DNA of 64,000 nucleotides from Vicugna vicugna. Lineage: Eukaryota. The notes under the pieces are model-generated. The model worked only from the letters and a program-made list of their open reading frames with translations, was not told the DNA's origin and searched no databases. The stretch covers positions 3,001,696 to 3,065,695 of the forward strand of contig MU058540.1 of assembly GCA_013265495.1 (NCBI GenBank). Direction: 5' to 3'. Positions 37,683 through 50,813 of the stretch are shown here, piece after piece (position 1 is the stretch's first letter; every line of letters begins with the position of its first letter). Both the position numbers and the translations under genes were made by a program.

Positions 37683-37897
37683 GTAAGGCCTGTAGTGTCC
37701 ACCCCACCTTCCCTCCTGGCTCCAGAATGTCAGCACTCTGCCTCTAGCGTAGATGGTATGTGCATGGCAGGGCATGCACCCTCCAAGTAGGAGCTTCCTC
37801 CCTGGCTGCTGGGCCCCTACATGCATGCCTGGTAGGGTGGGTGGGAGGTCAGGAAGAGCTATCTCCAGGCTGAGGCAAAGCCTCTCCCTTCCTGCAG

Positions 37898-38019
37898 GTG
37901 CAGAGGGCCCTGAAAAACCTGGCATCCAGTCAGGGTTGAATTCGAGCCCTGGGTACGTCTGGGGCCTCATCCTGGGACTGCTGCTACTGCCTCACCTAGT
38001 GCTGGCTGGAATCTTCTGA
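37898..38019 (+). CDS. PI16: PI16 coding exon 6 (hydrophobic C-terminus, GPI-signal-like) to stop codon
   Basis: tgcag|GT. Encodes (G)AEGPEKPGIQSGLNSSPGYVWGLILGLLLLPHLVLAGIF*. Total CDS is 1386 nt, giving 461 aa. Confidence 0.95.
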
Positions 38020-38463
38020 AGCGATCACCACTCAAAGGCAAGGCCTCGTAGGGGGACCCTGGCCTCATGTCCACTCTGGGTTGTCTTTTTCCAGTGAGAC
38101 CACAATTTCATGGACAAGTCCTCTCTGTGGCCCAGCAGCCCCTCTTCAACTTCTGGCCAGAGTCCAGGCCAGAGACCCTGTGCCCTCAGGAGGCCTCTAT
38201 AGGGCCAACCCATGGTGTTGCCCCAGTAGTGCCTCTGCCTCTAGAGAGATCCACACGTCAGCTGGGCACAGATTGTTCTGAGCAGTGTTCCTGTGACCTC
38301 ATGTGTCCACTTTCCGGTTGTCCTGTGGCCATAGTCCTGCTCTTCCAGGGACAGAAGATCTCAGGGCCTCCCAGGAACCCCTCAGCCCCTCCCAGTCCCC
38401 TGGCCTCTTCCTCGTACCATTGAAGTCTGGGGTTGTTCCCAGCAGTGCTTCCTGCCCTCCCAG

Positions 38464-38945
38464 GTTGAAGAGGTCAGCTTACCTCCTGCCATCTCCCCCA
38501 TCCTGTCCCCAGTTCCCCAAACAAGACACTTCTTGGCTGAAGTCCCTGTGGAAGGTACAGGCTGCAGGGCATGTGCTTCATTCACAGACATCTTTGGGAG
38601 TACAAGGCCTGGCCACTGCGAGCTCAGGTTGCTGCCTGCTGACAGCACACGTGTCCCAGACCCCTCCTGCCCCTCACATCTCAAGTCTGGGAGGTGGAGG
38701 GTGGGGTGGGTAAGGATTCTGGGGAGGTCCCTGCCTGCCAGGCCTGGGTTGTCTGCCTAGGCAAGGTAAGGGGATCTCCCTGAGTGTCGCCTCCCCCTAC
38801 TTGCCTATGTAGCTGGCAGGGGGCACTGCAGCGGGTAGATGAAAGACAAGCCCCATCCGAATGGGGCTCTATGGGTGGGGCAGGCAGGCACCAGGGAAGG
38901 GAGGCAGCCCCTGACTCCTGAATAAAAGCCTGTGTAAAAGTACAA
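38464..38945 (+). other. PI16: PI16 non-coding terminal exon (3' UTR)
   Basis: Acceptor gcttcctgccctcccag| at 38463. The sequence GTTGAAGAGGTCAGC resembles what I recall following the stop-codon exon in human PI16 mRNA. AATAAA at 38921. Confidence 0.75.
38921..38926 (+). terminator. PI16 polyadenylation signal
   Basis: AATAAA at the end of the terminal exon. Confidence 0.8.
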
Positions 38946-39589
38946 GTATCCATGCCAGTGAGGGGCTGAGGCAAAGGAGGGCTCTTTGGGAGGCCCTGAG
39001 AGGCTCACCTCTTCCCCTACTGACCCGAGGGGACTGTTCCTTCCCCTTCACACCCCTAAACACTCCATTTAGGCATTGGGGCACTTTTCCTTTACTTCCT
39101 AACTCCCTGCCACCCAAATCTTCAGGCAGCTGACAGGAAGAGGAAAGGGCCAAGGGGAGGCCAAGGGCACTGGGCTGACACTCCCAGCTCTGAGGGTCAG
39201 TGGAGCCTAGCTGTGTTGAGACCCAGGGTCAAGGAGTGGCATACAACCTCTTCACAGGGGTGTTGCTGCCCAGGCCCACCTGGGACACAAAATCAGAAAT
39301 GTACCTCAGGCATGGCTTTGCCAACCCTTGGTGCTTGGAGGAGTCCTGAGAAAGGGCTCTGGAGTGCCAGACACACCCCCAGGGGAAGCACAGATTGTCC
39401 CGGATGTTGTGGGGCAGGAAAGTGTAAATGTGTGTGCAGGGCTAGCAATGTAGGTGCCGAGGGCAGCATGGGACCCAGCTGGGGCTGGTGGGGCAGGGCA
39501 GAGTGCCAGTCCCCAGGCCAAAGCTGACTTGTGAGCAGTTAAACAGGAAGCATCCAGATCAGGCCAGGGCTGCCTGCTATGTAGGTATG

Positions 39590-41650
39590 TAACTATATAT
39601 ATGATATAATGTATGTCTATTAAGGTATAACTCATATACCATAAAATTCACCCATTTAAAGTGTACTACTCAATGATTTCTAGTATATTCCCAGGGTTGT
39701 GCAGCCATCACCAGTCAATTTTAGAACATTTTTATTACCCTAAACCACTGCTGTTTCTATGGATTTGCCTTCTCTGACATTTTGTGTAAATGGGATCATA
39801 CAGTATGTGGCCTTCTGTGTCTGGCTTCTTTCACTAAGCATATCTTCAAAGTTCATCCATGTTATAGCATGAAATAGTATTTTATTCCTTTTTATTACCA
39901 AGTGGTATTCCATTGTATAGAATATGTTTGGCTTATCTATTCATCAATTGATGGGCATTTGGGTTGTTCCCACATTTGGGCTATTATAAATAATGTTACT
40001 ATAAATATAGACATTCATGTAGAAGTTTTTGTGTGGACATGTTTTCATTTCTCTTGGGTAGGAGTGGTATCATATGGTAACTCTGGATCATATAGTAACT
40101 CTGTGTTTAACTTTTTCAGGAACTGCCAGACTACTTTCCAAAGTGGCTGCACCATTTTTCATTTGTACCAGCAATATATAAAGGTTTCAATTTCTCCATG
40201 TTACCATGCTTGTTATTATGTCTTTTTTGATTACAGTCATCTTAGTGAGTGTGAAGTATTATCTCATCGCAGTTTTGACCTTCATTTCCCTGATGGTTAC
40301 TGACATTGAGCATCTTTCCATGTGCTTATTGGCCATCTGTGTATCTTCTTTGGAGAAATGTCTATTCATGTCTTTTGCCCGTCGTAGCTGGGGTATTTGT
40401 CTTTTTATTACTGAGTTGTTCCTACAATGTTGTATAAACAAAATAATGTTCTTTATATATTTTCGATACAAGTCCCTTAACCAGATACATGATTTGCAAA
40501 CATTTTCTCTCATTCTGTGAGTTGTCTTTTCAGTTTTTCTTGACGATATCCTTTGAACACACAAGTTTTAAATTTTGATGATGTCCGGTTTATCTTTTTT
40601 TCTTTTGTTGCTTGCTTGTGCTTTTGATGTTATATCTAAGAAACATTGCCAAATCCAAGGTCACAAAGATTTATGCCTGTTTTGAGTTTTATAGTTAATT
40701 GTGTGAATTAAAATGTAAATGTTTATTTCTGCACTCTCCATCACATCCCATTGATTTATGTATCTATCTTTATGCCAGTACCATACTGTCTCGATTACTA
40801 TAGCTTACTATATAGGTTAAGTTTTGAAATTGCCAACTGCATGTCCTCCAACTTAGTTCTTTTTCCAGATTGTTTAGGCTATTCTAGGTACCTTGAATTT
40901 CTGTATGAATTTTAGGATGAGCTTGTTAAATTTCTGCAAAGAAGTCAGCTGAGATTTTGATGGAGATCGTGTAATCTGCCATTTAAAAAATATTAAGTTT
41001 CCCGATCCAAGTCTTTCCACTTATTTAGGTCTTCTTTCAACACTGTGCAAGTTTTCAAAATATAAATTTTGTAATTCTTTTGTTAAATTTGTTCATAAAT
41101 ACTTTATTTTTATGTTATTGTAAATGAAATTGTTTTATTAATTTCATTTTCACTTTGATTGCAAGTGTATAGAAATACAATTGATTTTGTATATCAATCT
41201 TATATCCCGCAACCTTGCTGAATTCATTTGTTAGCTGTAACAGTATTTTTAGTGGATTCTTTAGGATTTTCTATACATAAGATCATCTGCAGTTTTACTT
41301 CTGCCTTTCTAACACAGATAACTTTTATTTCATTTTCTTGCCTTATTGCCCTGGCTAGACCATCCAGTACAATGCTGAGAAATGGCAAGAGCAGACATCC
41401 TTGTCTTATTCCTGATCTTAGGGGGAAACATTAGGTTTTTTACCATGTGGTTTAATAGATGCCATTTTTTCAGGTTGAGAAAGCTCTCTTCTCTTTTTAG
41501 ATTTCCGAATGTTTTCATCATGAAGGGATATTGAATTTTGTTAAATACTTTTTCTGTCTGTTGAGATGATCATATGGTTTTGTTCCTTTTATGGATAGAA
41601 TATATTACATTAACTGATTTTCAGAGGCTGACCCAACTTGCCTTCCTGAG
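39590..41650 (-). mobile_element. ~2 kb antisense L1 (L1MA/MB-type) 3' UTR and ORF2 region, between PI16 and MTCH1
   Basis: The antisense translation [39 protein letters not shown] is L1 ORF2. The element starts with a typical antisense 3' UTR. Confidence 0.92.
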
Positions 41651-43936
41651 GGGGTGGGGGGGGATGTCCCTCCCCTTGTGAGCCTGTTTTCTCAAGTTAG
41701 TCCCAAGTCCTGTGAGGTGGTCAGGTAAGGTAGCCTCCGGGCAGAACCAGACTGTAGAGGTCCAAACCCATCCTTCTCAGTTCTGGGGTGGGATCTGCTG
41801 GCCTTCTGCAAAGCAAGAGCACCTATGTCCAGCCTTCAAGAAACCTGTCGTATGAGAAAACCTAAGATCAGCAGCAGTGACTTCTTTGGAAACTTTTTTG
41901 GGAAGTAACAGAAGCCAAGACATGGTGTCCCATATTAGTCAGGCAGGGGCTGTAACAACTGGGCCGGGAAGGGGTGTGTCAGAAGCCCATGAGAATGGAG
42001 GGCATGTTCAAAAGAAGGGCAGGGGGCTGGTACTCAGAGGCCTCGGGGACCAGAGTGGGATGGGTCTGCTTCAGCACTAGGCTGCACGACTCCCAGGCAC
42101 TGGGGCACTGGCACAGTAACAAGGGCTGTCCTAGCACAGGCCTCTGCTGCCACCTCAGACTTTACCACAGGAGTTCCCAAAAGGCCTGTCAGAGATTTTC
42201 CAGCTTTGTCCATCAGAATTAGGTTTTCCAGGAGGGGAGGAAAGTGACTGGCTCCCCACAAGGACATTCCCACTCCCACCACCCTTCCTTTTGCTGACAG
42301 CTCAGCTCCCTCCTGCCCCAATTAAACCCAATCTCCTTTGTCAGATAAGGACCTTGTCACTCTAGTTTCCAGGACTGAAAGGAAACCTGCTAAGTGCCAG
42401 GGGGAGAGGGAGGGGGCAGGGGAGGCAAAGGAGGCTTCAGCTCTCAAAGACTGAAAGGTCCAGGAAACAAAGGGAACACTTAACATACACAATACATTCA
42501 CTTCAATACTGAACTGAAAATCGTTAGGGGTAAAACCTGTACTTTGCTCAACTAAAAACCGAGACAGAGTATCAAAGGTGATTTTCTTGCCATTTCTGGG
42601 TAGGCATAACCTAGGAAATGTAGTCAAGACCCTGAAATTCAGAACTCCCAGGGTATTACTTGAGAACAGCACTGGCTTTCCTCAAAGTGACTCGCCAGGC
42701 CCACCCAGGCTGGCTCTTTACTCAAGTGGCCTTTCCAAACACCTGGGAGGAGGTGGCTGTAAGAGGGAGGGGCTCTTTAGGACCACTTCAGCTCAGACTC
42801 TTGAATCTGGGGGATCACAGAAAGTAATCAATACAATAACAGGACTTGAGGGTGGAGAAGTGGGAAGAAATGTTACCACAGGACAGTGGTCAGTGGGTTG
42901 TGTGGGAAATCATGCTGGGCTGGAAAAAGGTCATATGCCATGTGGCAGTTAGGCCTCTGAAGGGCCTTCCTCCTCTACAGCATTGGTGCCAGCAAGGCCA
43001 GGCCCGCTCCCCTTGCTGTGTGCTCTCCCTCCCTGCCACCTCAGCCACCTGAAGTAAGTGCAAGACTTTAGTGACCCCCACCAACATACATTCACAGGAC
43101 ACCTGCACAGGAACACTGCTGCATTCCCAGGGAACAAGGATACGTGAGATAAACTGCCCTCAAGTCAACTGTGATTAGGCCTCTGGGGAAAACCAGCTCT
43201 GCAAAAGAATCACGGAGCCTTCCGTGGGCACGGCCCAGCCCCTACACCTGTGAGGAAGTATGACCGAAGTCCCAAACCCCAGCTCTCTGAAGCCAACTCC
43301 CCGAGAATAAGGGCAGAGACCCGCCCAGGGAACCCAGCCAGCCTTGAACTGGGGGGTATTAAAACCCCATCAGCTTGGAAGCCCACAGTCCCCAGGGGCC
43401 AGCATATCCCATTTGTAAGTTTTGTGTTTACAGACCCCAGTGCTGGGCAGAAGCGAATAAAAGGAGCTTTGCCTTTTCCAGAGAAGGCTAAGCTTGGCGC
43501 CTTAGCTGCACCACATCTACCCCTTCTGCTGTAACCACATGACCACTACACCAACTGAGCCAGCAAAACCCGACAATGTCATCTGCAAACAGTTCTGAGA
43601 TGACAGCTGGGGGTTTGGGTGGAACATTTTCTGAAGCTGGGAAGCTTTAAAGGGCCTGTCTTCCTAGGAACAGGCCTGTGCACTAGCTGGTGCTCTGTAA
43701 ACTGGCATCTTGGCCTTGTCTAATTCAGAAAACCACCCAACGACCCTTGCCCCCCTACCCCGCCCCGCCTCCAGGCTGATCAACACCAAGTCTGGACACT
43801 TCTCACAGCTGCCCCCAGCCCTGTTGCTTTACAGCCCCTTTTCACACAACCACAAAAGACTGAGAAAGCCCCTGCAGAGTGTTAAGCTCATAAAAATAAG
43901 AGACTCCCCACAGAACTCCAAATCACCGCCAACACA

Positions 43937-43942
43937 TTTATT
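43937..43942 (-). terminator. MTCH1 polyadenylation signal
   Basis: TTTATT on + (AATAAA on -), followed on the minus strand by a GT-rich sequence (TGTGTTGGCGGTGATTTGG). It lies ~740 nt after the stop. Confidence 0.85.
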
Positions 43943-44680
43943 TGAGGAAAAAAGGGTCAAATCTTATTAGGAACTTTAAACTGGATAAGACTAGACACTG
44001 ATCTAACATCTGGGTGTTCACAACTGCACAGGTAACCAGATCCTGCACATGAGGCGTCACCATTAAACCAATGAGCATTTGACTAGGGCACACATTCTGA
44101 GCTGTCACATGATTTCCCATTCAGAAGGTACAGCCTTCTTATCAGAAAAGTAGTGTTGAGAAAAATGAAGGCAGGACCTAGCGAGAGCTTCCTAGCACAG
44201 GCCTAGACATGATGGTGGCCGCATGAAAGGGGGTCACGTCCTATTTACAAAGCAGGAGAGCGATGCTCCCAGCTGAGCTGCAGTTTGACAGCTGGGGCTG
44301 ACTCGAGTGGTGTGAATGTGGGGATGGGACCTGACCCTAGGAGCCTTTGCCCCTTCAGCCTGGGCCTCCACAAGACATTCTCTGGCCCCCTGCATGAGGC
44401 AGACTCAGCAAATCTGCAAGATAAGGGGATTCTGCCCCAAGTTCCCAGCCCCATTCCACCTCCCCCAGGTCTAGCAGGTAACCAATCCACTGGGCGCAGC
44501 CTCACCCCCACCCAACCCCTGCTTCTGGACAGACACATGGCAAATACGGAAACCGAAGCCCAGCTGTGCTGGAGCACATCTAGGTGCTGCCAGGTTGGTC
44601 GTCTTACAGGTGCCCCGAGATGATCAGGCCTCACCCACAGTGGCCAGGCTGAGACAGCGTGTTTTTGATGGTGATTCAGG

Positions 44681-44752
44681 TTACTCCAGGGCAAAGCACG
44701 ATCCTGATGACACTCGGCGGAAAAGCAGGCTGGAGCCACGGAAGAGCTGACC
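44681..44752 (-). CDS. MTCH1: MTCH1 (mitochondrial carrier homolog 1) exon 12, to stop codon
   Basis: tccag|GGT. Encodes [23 protein letters not shown] (TAA). Confidence 0.96.
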   Translation of the reverse strand, partial: GQLFRGSSLLFRRVSSGSCFALE

Positions 44753-45761
44753 CTGGATTGGAAGGACCCCAGGTCAGTGAAAGGCAAAGCCGTGCTTCTC
44801 ATCCTGCCCCAGAGCAAGGCCAGTATAAGACACAGAGGGTCCAGCCGCTCAGAGACCCCAGGGTTGGAGGTGGAGGGCCTCAGCTTGCATTCCTGGAGGG
44901 CAAGGTCAGAATCTGCCCTGTGCTGAAGCACAAGGGAGCGGTCCACTTCATGCCACAAGATGTCCGGTGGTGATGGGGCTACTAAGTAGGAAACCCCCAG
45001 AGGAAACACACTGCCCTTCTGGCTTCAGAGCCCAAGTGATCCGGGGCTCCTCCAGTACCACGGGATGTGATGCATGCAGAGCCAACCGGAGTTGCCAGGA
45101 AGACCTGTGTCTGTCTCTTGCCTCCCCACTTCCTGTCCTTTCTCATCCTTGAGGCAAGTTAGTGGGCTGGCTCCTCCTTCCTAAGCCACTGTCCCATTTT
45201 GCTTTGAGGCCAACCAAGGCCAGGAAAAGGCAAAGATTTGCCCTGGGCCAGACACCTGGATGCTTGACCTCTGGGCGCAAGAGCTCCAGCCAGGAGGGTG
45301 CTTGGACATAGAACACAAAAACCACAATACTAGCACCCTTGTCAAGCTGACCACATGGCCCAGCTCCACCCTCAGGCTCTCCTGGGAACCCAGACGACCT
45401 CCAACACACCAGCTGTGTTTTCAGCCCCGGTTATTCGCGGTGTAAGAAGTTCTTGGGCTTTACCACCATGAGCTCCCCTGTACTTGTTCTAAGTGTCTTT
45501 TTAAGAGTTGAAGGAAAGACCTTGTCTGATGTGTAATTTTAAAGTAAATTCAGATCTAACTACCTCCAATCCTTTCTAAAAGTAAAATTTAAGTCAAGTG
45601 CCTCAAACCAAGTCTACATTCTCTTTATCCTTCTCACTCACAGCACTGGATTCCATGGCAACCCCTTAATGTTCCATGTAATGAAGAGCACACAAAACCT
45701 TTTCATCTGATAGATATAGCAGAAGAGTGGGAAAAACCTCCCCCCTGGGGAGCATGCTTAC

Positions 45762-45837
45762 CTGCACACTCAGGTACTTCCAGCAGTGGATCCAGGATTT
45801 GAACACTGGGGAGTAAGGGGGGAGCCCGGCCTGCAGC
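45762..45837 (-). CDS. MTCH1: MTCH1 exon 11
   Basis: ggcag|G ... CAG|gtaagc; 76 nt. Encodes [25 protein letters not shown]. Confidence 0.96.
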
Positions 45838-46112
45838 CTGCCCAGGGAAGGAAAGCCATATTAGACCCACAGAACACTGGGAGACAGATCAACCAAGGAA
45901 AAGAAGCCCTTGAGATGGAATGGCTTGGAGCTGCCACGACCCACATACCAAACCACAGATTCATCCCAAATGGTGTGAATCCCAGAGGAAGCCAGGGTGC
46001 CTAGTTGGCTGAGCCCACACACAGACCAAGCGGGAGGAGCAGAGCACTGGACGGGCTCAGCTGGGTTCCCCCAGCAGCCTTGGCAGGGCACCTGGTAGAG
46101 GGGCTCACTTAC

Positions 46113-46180
46113 CCACAGTTGTTCACAGCCATGAGATCACCGACCAGCAGGAAGGGGTAGGTCAGCATGCTCACTGCAAT
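46113..46180 (-). CDS. MTCH1: MTCH1 exon 10
   Basis: ggcag|ATT ... GG|gtaagt; 68 nt. Encodes [22 protein letters not shown](G). Confidence 0.96.
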
Positions 46181-46360
46181 CTGCCGGGAGACCGGAGTGT
46201 CAGTGACTCCACCCACCACCAGCCCTGGACCTGGGCTCAGGGAGCAGGGACGCACTAAGCCAACACCCCATACTGAGGCCTGCCTCCAACCACCACCAGA
46301 GCTGGCCTCCTAAGCCCCGCCCAGGCCCCAGGACTGTGAAGGGCAACTGGCTTGACTTAC

Positions 46361-46408
46361 CCCCATCACAAATTTGGTGTAGCTCCGGATGGCCAGGGCC
46401 TGGCTGAA
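46361..46408 (-). CDS. MTCH1: MTCH1 exon 9
   Basis: ttcag|TTC ... GGG|gtaagt; 48 nt. Encodes FSQALAIRSYTKFVMG. Confidence 0.96.
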
Positions 46409-48478
46409 CTGAAGAGACATAAAGGAAGACTGATTTGCCACAGGTGCCGTGGATGTGGACTTCAGATACGCAGTCTCCTGCCCCATCTGTGCTGCCTGGT
46501 CTGTGGCCCCCTTCACCTCCCCCTCCACACTGGCCTCACACCCTCTCGGTACTCTGCTCTTCACACGCCCGCTGTACACACTGCGTTCCCTTTCAGGGTC
46601 TGCCAGCGGCTTTCACAGCCTTACAGTCAGAGCTGAGAAGAGATCTGGGAGGCAGAAGTGGGATAATCGGACTGATGGGACTTCTGCGACTCCGACGGGG
46701 ATGGTGACCAGCTGGTCAGAAACTCAGACTGTGGCCTGCATAACCCCCAGAGCCATGAGCTCTGAGGGCTTGGCCTTTGACTGCCTTCATCAATGTCCAG
46801 GGCTGGGCACACAGTCGGTGCTCAGTAAGTGCTTACTGAATGAAAAGACAGACACCCACCAGAACTACCAAGACACAGAATCTTGGTCCTATAGCAGGAG
46901 GCAAGGAGAAACTATGGGCTTACTGCCACCCCACCTCACCAAGCTTTCATTCGCTTCAGGCCTCAACTCCTGAATTCGACTTTGTCCATGAAACAGCCCC
47001 CAGCTGAGAAGGGTAACTACATACCCCTCAGCTTCCTGTGACATGGCCATCCCACAAGATGGATGCTCTGCAACCCTGGGCAGAGGTCTGCTCGGCCCTC
47101 TGCCTGAATGGCAGCCTTGCCCTAGCCTTTAAGCCACACACAGAAAAGCACTTGAAAAATACTGTCAATGAAGAGTTGACTGCTGCTCTCAGCGAGGTAG
47201 GTGCAGCAGCCCCTGGTAAAACACCTGCCCACCTGGACTGGAGGAAACCAACCGTGGGACACCAACCCTCCCCAAGCTGTCCCAGCCTTGCTTTGTATGT
47301 GACGGCAGCAGCTCACCCACCCATAATGCCCCGAGAAAGGGCAGGGCCATGGTTGTGCCACTGTAGTTGCAGATAGGAGCTGGTCTCTATGGAGTCATTT
47401 AATTTACTTACATTAAAAGGCCAGTAAGACTCACTGACCCACATCAAATAGCCAGTTTTCCTCTAAGCAGAGCTCTCAGCTGGGGCAGGCACTCCTTGCC
47501 ACACACTTTCCCAGACCACCCCCACCCCAAACCACTGTTCTGAGGCCCAGACACAGACACATGGAGACTATGAACCCCCCACCCCTGAAAAGGTGATTCA
47601 GGCAGACAGGTCCCCAGCCTCTCATCTATCCTCCTGTGGTAGGCAATCCCTGCTGCTGGAATGTCTGGCAACCAGGAACCCTCGCCCATCACCACTCCCC
47701 AACTCTTATTTTGGTTCATGCAGAACCAGTCAACCTATCAAGTCCCCAGAAACCCTTCCTCACTAAGTGCCTTTTAGAAGGACCAAGGCCTCCCCATGCC
47801 TGACCCAATCTGCTCAGAGATCCGTGCATACCAGGTTGTGTAGGCCACTCTAAGCTCACACTGGGGTGCACCTTCATGGTACCCTTCTTAGCTGACTGAA
47901 AAACCTCAAGGGGGAAGCACCCACAGCCTGGCACAGGGAAGGATCTAGTCCTAGCCCTGTTGATTGCCAGCCGTGTGCCTCGGGAGAGCCTGTCAATCTC
48001 TGGGTCTCAATCTACCTGTAAGACAGGATGTTATACCCTCTGTTCCCTTCACAACTGGCGTGATGTCAGGATCAAACATCATAATGTTCACAGAAAGGCT
48101 TTAAAAAGCATAAAACGCTGAGCAAAAGCTAAAGGGTTATTATTAGTTGGTCTATCTCCTGATTTTCTAGGGATCCCTGGTTGGGTCACTGCCTCAAACC
48201 TGCTTTGGATAAGCTGGGGTCTATCTTACCTATAAAGCTGCCTAGGGATGGGCATTCCATAAACCCCTCTAGGTCTAGTTATAGATCTTATCTCTCGAGG
48301 CCATTCTCCTCGGAGGCAAAAGTGACCTGGGACAACAGGAGGTCCTCTCAGACCTCTCCTCAGGGGCACTCTCTAGCCCTCAGGGCCTGATGCTTAGATC
48401 CCAGAGTCCTCAAGTCTGCCCCAGACCCTGGGCATCAGCAGTACATGGAAAGATGGACAAGTCCTTGTTCCAACCAAC

Positions 48479-48623
48479 CTGGGAACCTGGATTCTGGTCG
48501 TTCCCCAGCCCCCCTGGGGTGTCACTCACGCTGTCATCCACCAGGTAGGCATTGATGAAGTGGGCCAGCAGGTTACAGCCCCACAAGAAAACCACATCTC
48601 CCAGGAGGTGAGGGATTAAGCCG
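48479..48623 (-). CDS. MTCH1: MTCH1 exon 8 (long form; the short form ends at 48530)
   Basis: tttag|C GGC. Encodes [31 protein letters not shown][[17 protein letters not shown]]. Donors AGC|gtgagt and CAG|gttggt are 51 nt apart. Confidence 0.95.
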
Positions 48624-49736
48624 CTAAAAAACAAGGTGAGCAAAGATGAGCAGAGGAGGGAGGGGAACATTTCCTGGGGACTCCACACTCAGGAAACAGG
48701 CGAGGATGCTCCAAGCTCAAAACTTCAGCATATCCACTGGCACCACCTCAGGAAGGAGGCCTGCAGGGGCCATGTGGGCCAGCGGCTATCCACACCTGGA
48801 AAGCAGTGGTCCTTTCTGCATGGGGGGGGTGTGTGTGTATGTTACATGCCACATCTGACTCCACAAGTTAAGGTGATGGTCTCACAAGCAGTTTTCAAAC
48901 CACAGAAGCTGGCCCTAAGATGTGAATGTTGTGAAATCTGGCATTTTCAAAAGCAGATTATGAAAGAATACTTACACATTAAGATCTTTTCTCCTGGCCT
49001 CTACCTAATCAGCTCTCACAAAATACTCTGCTCAGTGCATCTGTGTCTTCAGTCCTGGAATGTTCCAGTGAAGACATTCCATACAAGCTTTTGCAAGGAG
49101 GGCTGACTTCTACTGTGATGGCCTTTAGAATAAGCAACTCTATACACTGATATGGAAGGTTCTCTAAGATACAGAGCTGAGGGCAAAAAGCCAGACTGAG
49201 ATCAGCGAGTCTTGTGTGCTACTTGTGTTTTTTTTAAATGTGTTTGTTTGTTTAGATATAGGAGATACAGAATTATGATTTTTGAGTTTTTAAAAATCTT
49301 ACTTTGAAATATTTAAAAAGTTCAAAATATATGTAACACACCTATGATATGAGGGACATTAACAAGATGAACCTTTATGAATGCAATTTCCAATCCTGTT
49401 GCTTCCACCTGTGCTCAGACTGACTTTACACACTTACATTTGGTGCTTTCTGAGTGTGGGAATCACCCATTCTACAAAAATGTGAAGAAAAAAAGAACCT
49501 AACAAGTAAGCATCTGCTGTGTGGGAATCCTAGGCACACATGCCAGAATAGAAAATGTACAATGAGTGTGAAAATGGTACAATGGTGATGTGCAGTGTTT
49601 TAGGGTCTGAAGTATCAGTCACACAGGCAAACATTTATTCACACACGTGTATATACACACATATATTTACATATACACGCATATAGATATACATATATAT
49701 GAATATATATATATGAATACATGTGTGTATATGTAT

Positions 49737-49914
49737 CAAGGTTCGTCAACATTTAGGGCTGAATGATTCTTCGTTGCAGGGCTGACATCTGCACTGCAGG
49801 ATGTTTCACAGCATCCCCGGCCTCTACCCACTAGATCCCAGCTCTGACAATCTTAAGACGTCTCCAGACATTACCATTGTCCCGTAGGGCAAAATCACCT
49901 CTTCGTGAGAACTG
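49737..49914 (+). mobile_element. MER20 (hAT-Charlie) DNA transposon, flanked by (TA/CA)n microsatellite
   Basis: gcatccccggcctctacccactagat...gtctccagacatt...gggcaaaatcacc...tgagaac matches the recalled MER20 consensus. Confidence 0.8.
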
Positions 49915-50813
49915 TATACATATACATATACACATGCCTCCACGTAGAACACCTGGCCAATGATGAATCCACAGTATGAGTTGACAGAGAGCCCCGTGTC
50001 TAGTGTACTGGGTACACAATAGACATATGTCACTGCCTAGACCTTAAAAAGCAGAACAAATGCTGTTTGTCAGGCCTGGCTTTCGGGTTCTGTTTGTGGT
50101 TTATTCTGTCTGGACACAGTCTTTTCAGTATGAGCTTTCTTTACAGGTGAAGTAAGGTGGGTGTGAGACCAAGGAAGGCAGGGGGTCCGGGGCGCTCAGG
50201 AGACTGTGTGCCCTGCCAACAGCTGCTCTACAGAAACACAGGCACAGCACGGTCAGGTCCTGACTTTTCAAGAGAAGCCAGAAGTATGAATTGTTATATG
50301 AAATATCCTAAATGTTGAATACAAAAAACTAATTTGTCAGAAATGCTATGTCAAACAGGATCCAATAGCTAGTCAGCTTGTGACCTGCCAGAGCTTGACC
50401 CTCAGCCCAATTTACAGATATTCAGTTATTTTTCAGCAGTGAAACCAAGGATGATGGAAGACCTGGAGACATCCTTAAGACTAGCCCCGTGCCCACCCCC
50501 ATCCCTGGCGTAAATGGATGCGGGCACTGGGGTTGAGGGGGAGGTCAGTCCATGCCCCCAGTGTGCTGGACAAACAGTACCATTTCCGTGTGAGCCATGA
50601 CCTGGAAAGGGCTGGGCAGCTTTGGTCCAGACGGTCCACAGCTCGCAGTACTATGGAGCCCTATGGGCTGAGGTACAGCTGCTCAGGTGGGGGAGTAGCG
50701 GGGACAGAGCCCTGTGGTTAGTGTGAGGCCGGCACCTGCAGCCTTTGAGGCTGAGAATGCCTGTTAGTAGAGCCATGCCCGTGGCCAGTTATGGGGTGTA
50801 TAAACTCACGTAC

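Noticed and set aside
44620..44683. Possible stop-codon readthrough of MTCH1, by analogy to the paralogue MTCH2
   Set aside because: The stop is TAA CCTG, not the leaky TGA CTAG context. The sequence gives no support.
44245..45009. 254-aa minus-strand ORF overlapping the last intron, last exon and 3' UTR of MTCH1
   Set aside because: It has a non-ATG start, crosses the splice acceptor in a different frame from MTCH1, and resembles no known protein. Best explained as a chance ORF in GC-rich DNA.
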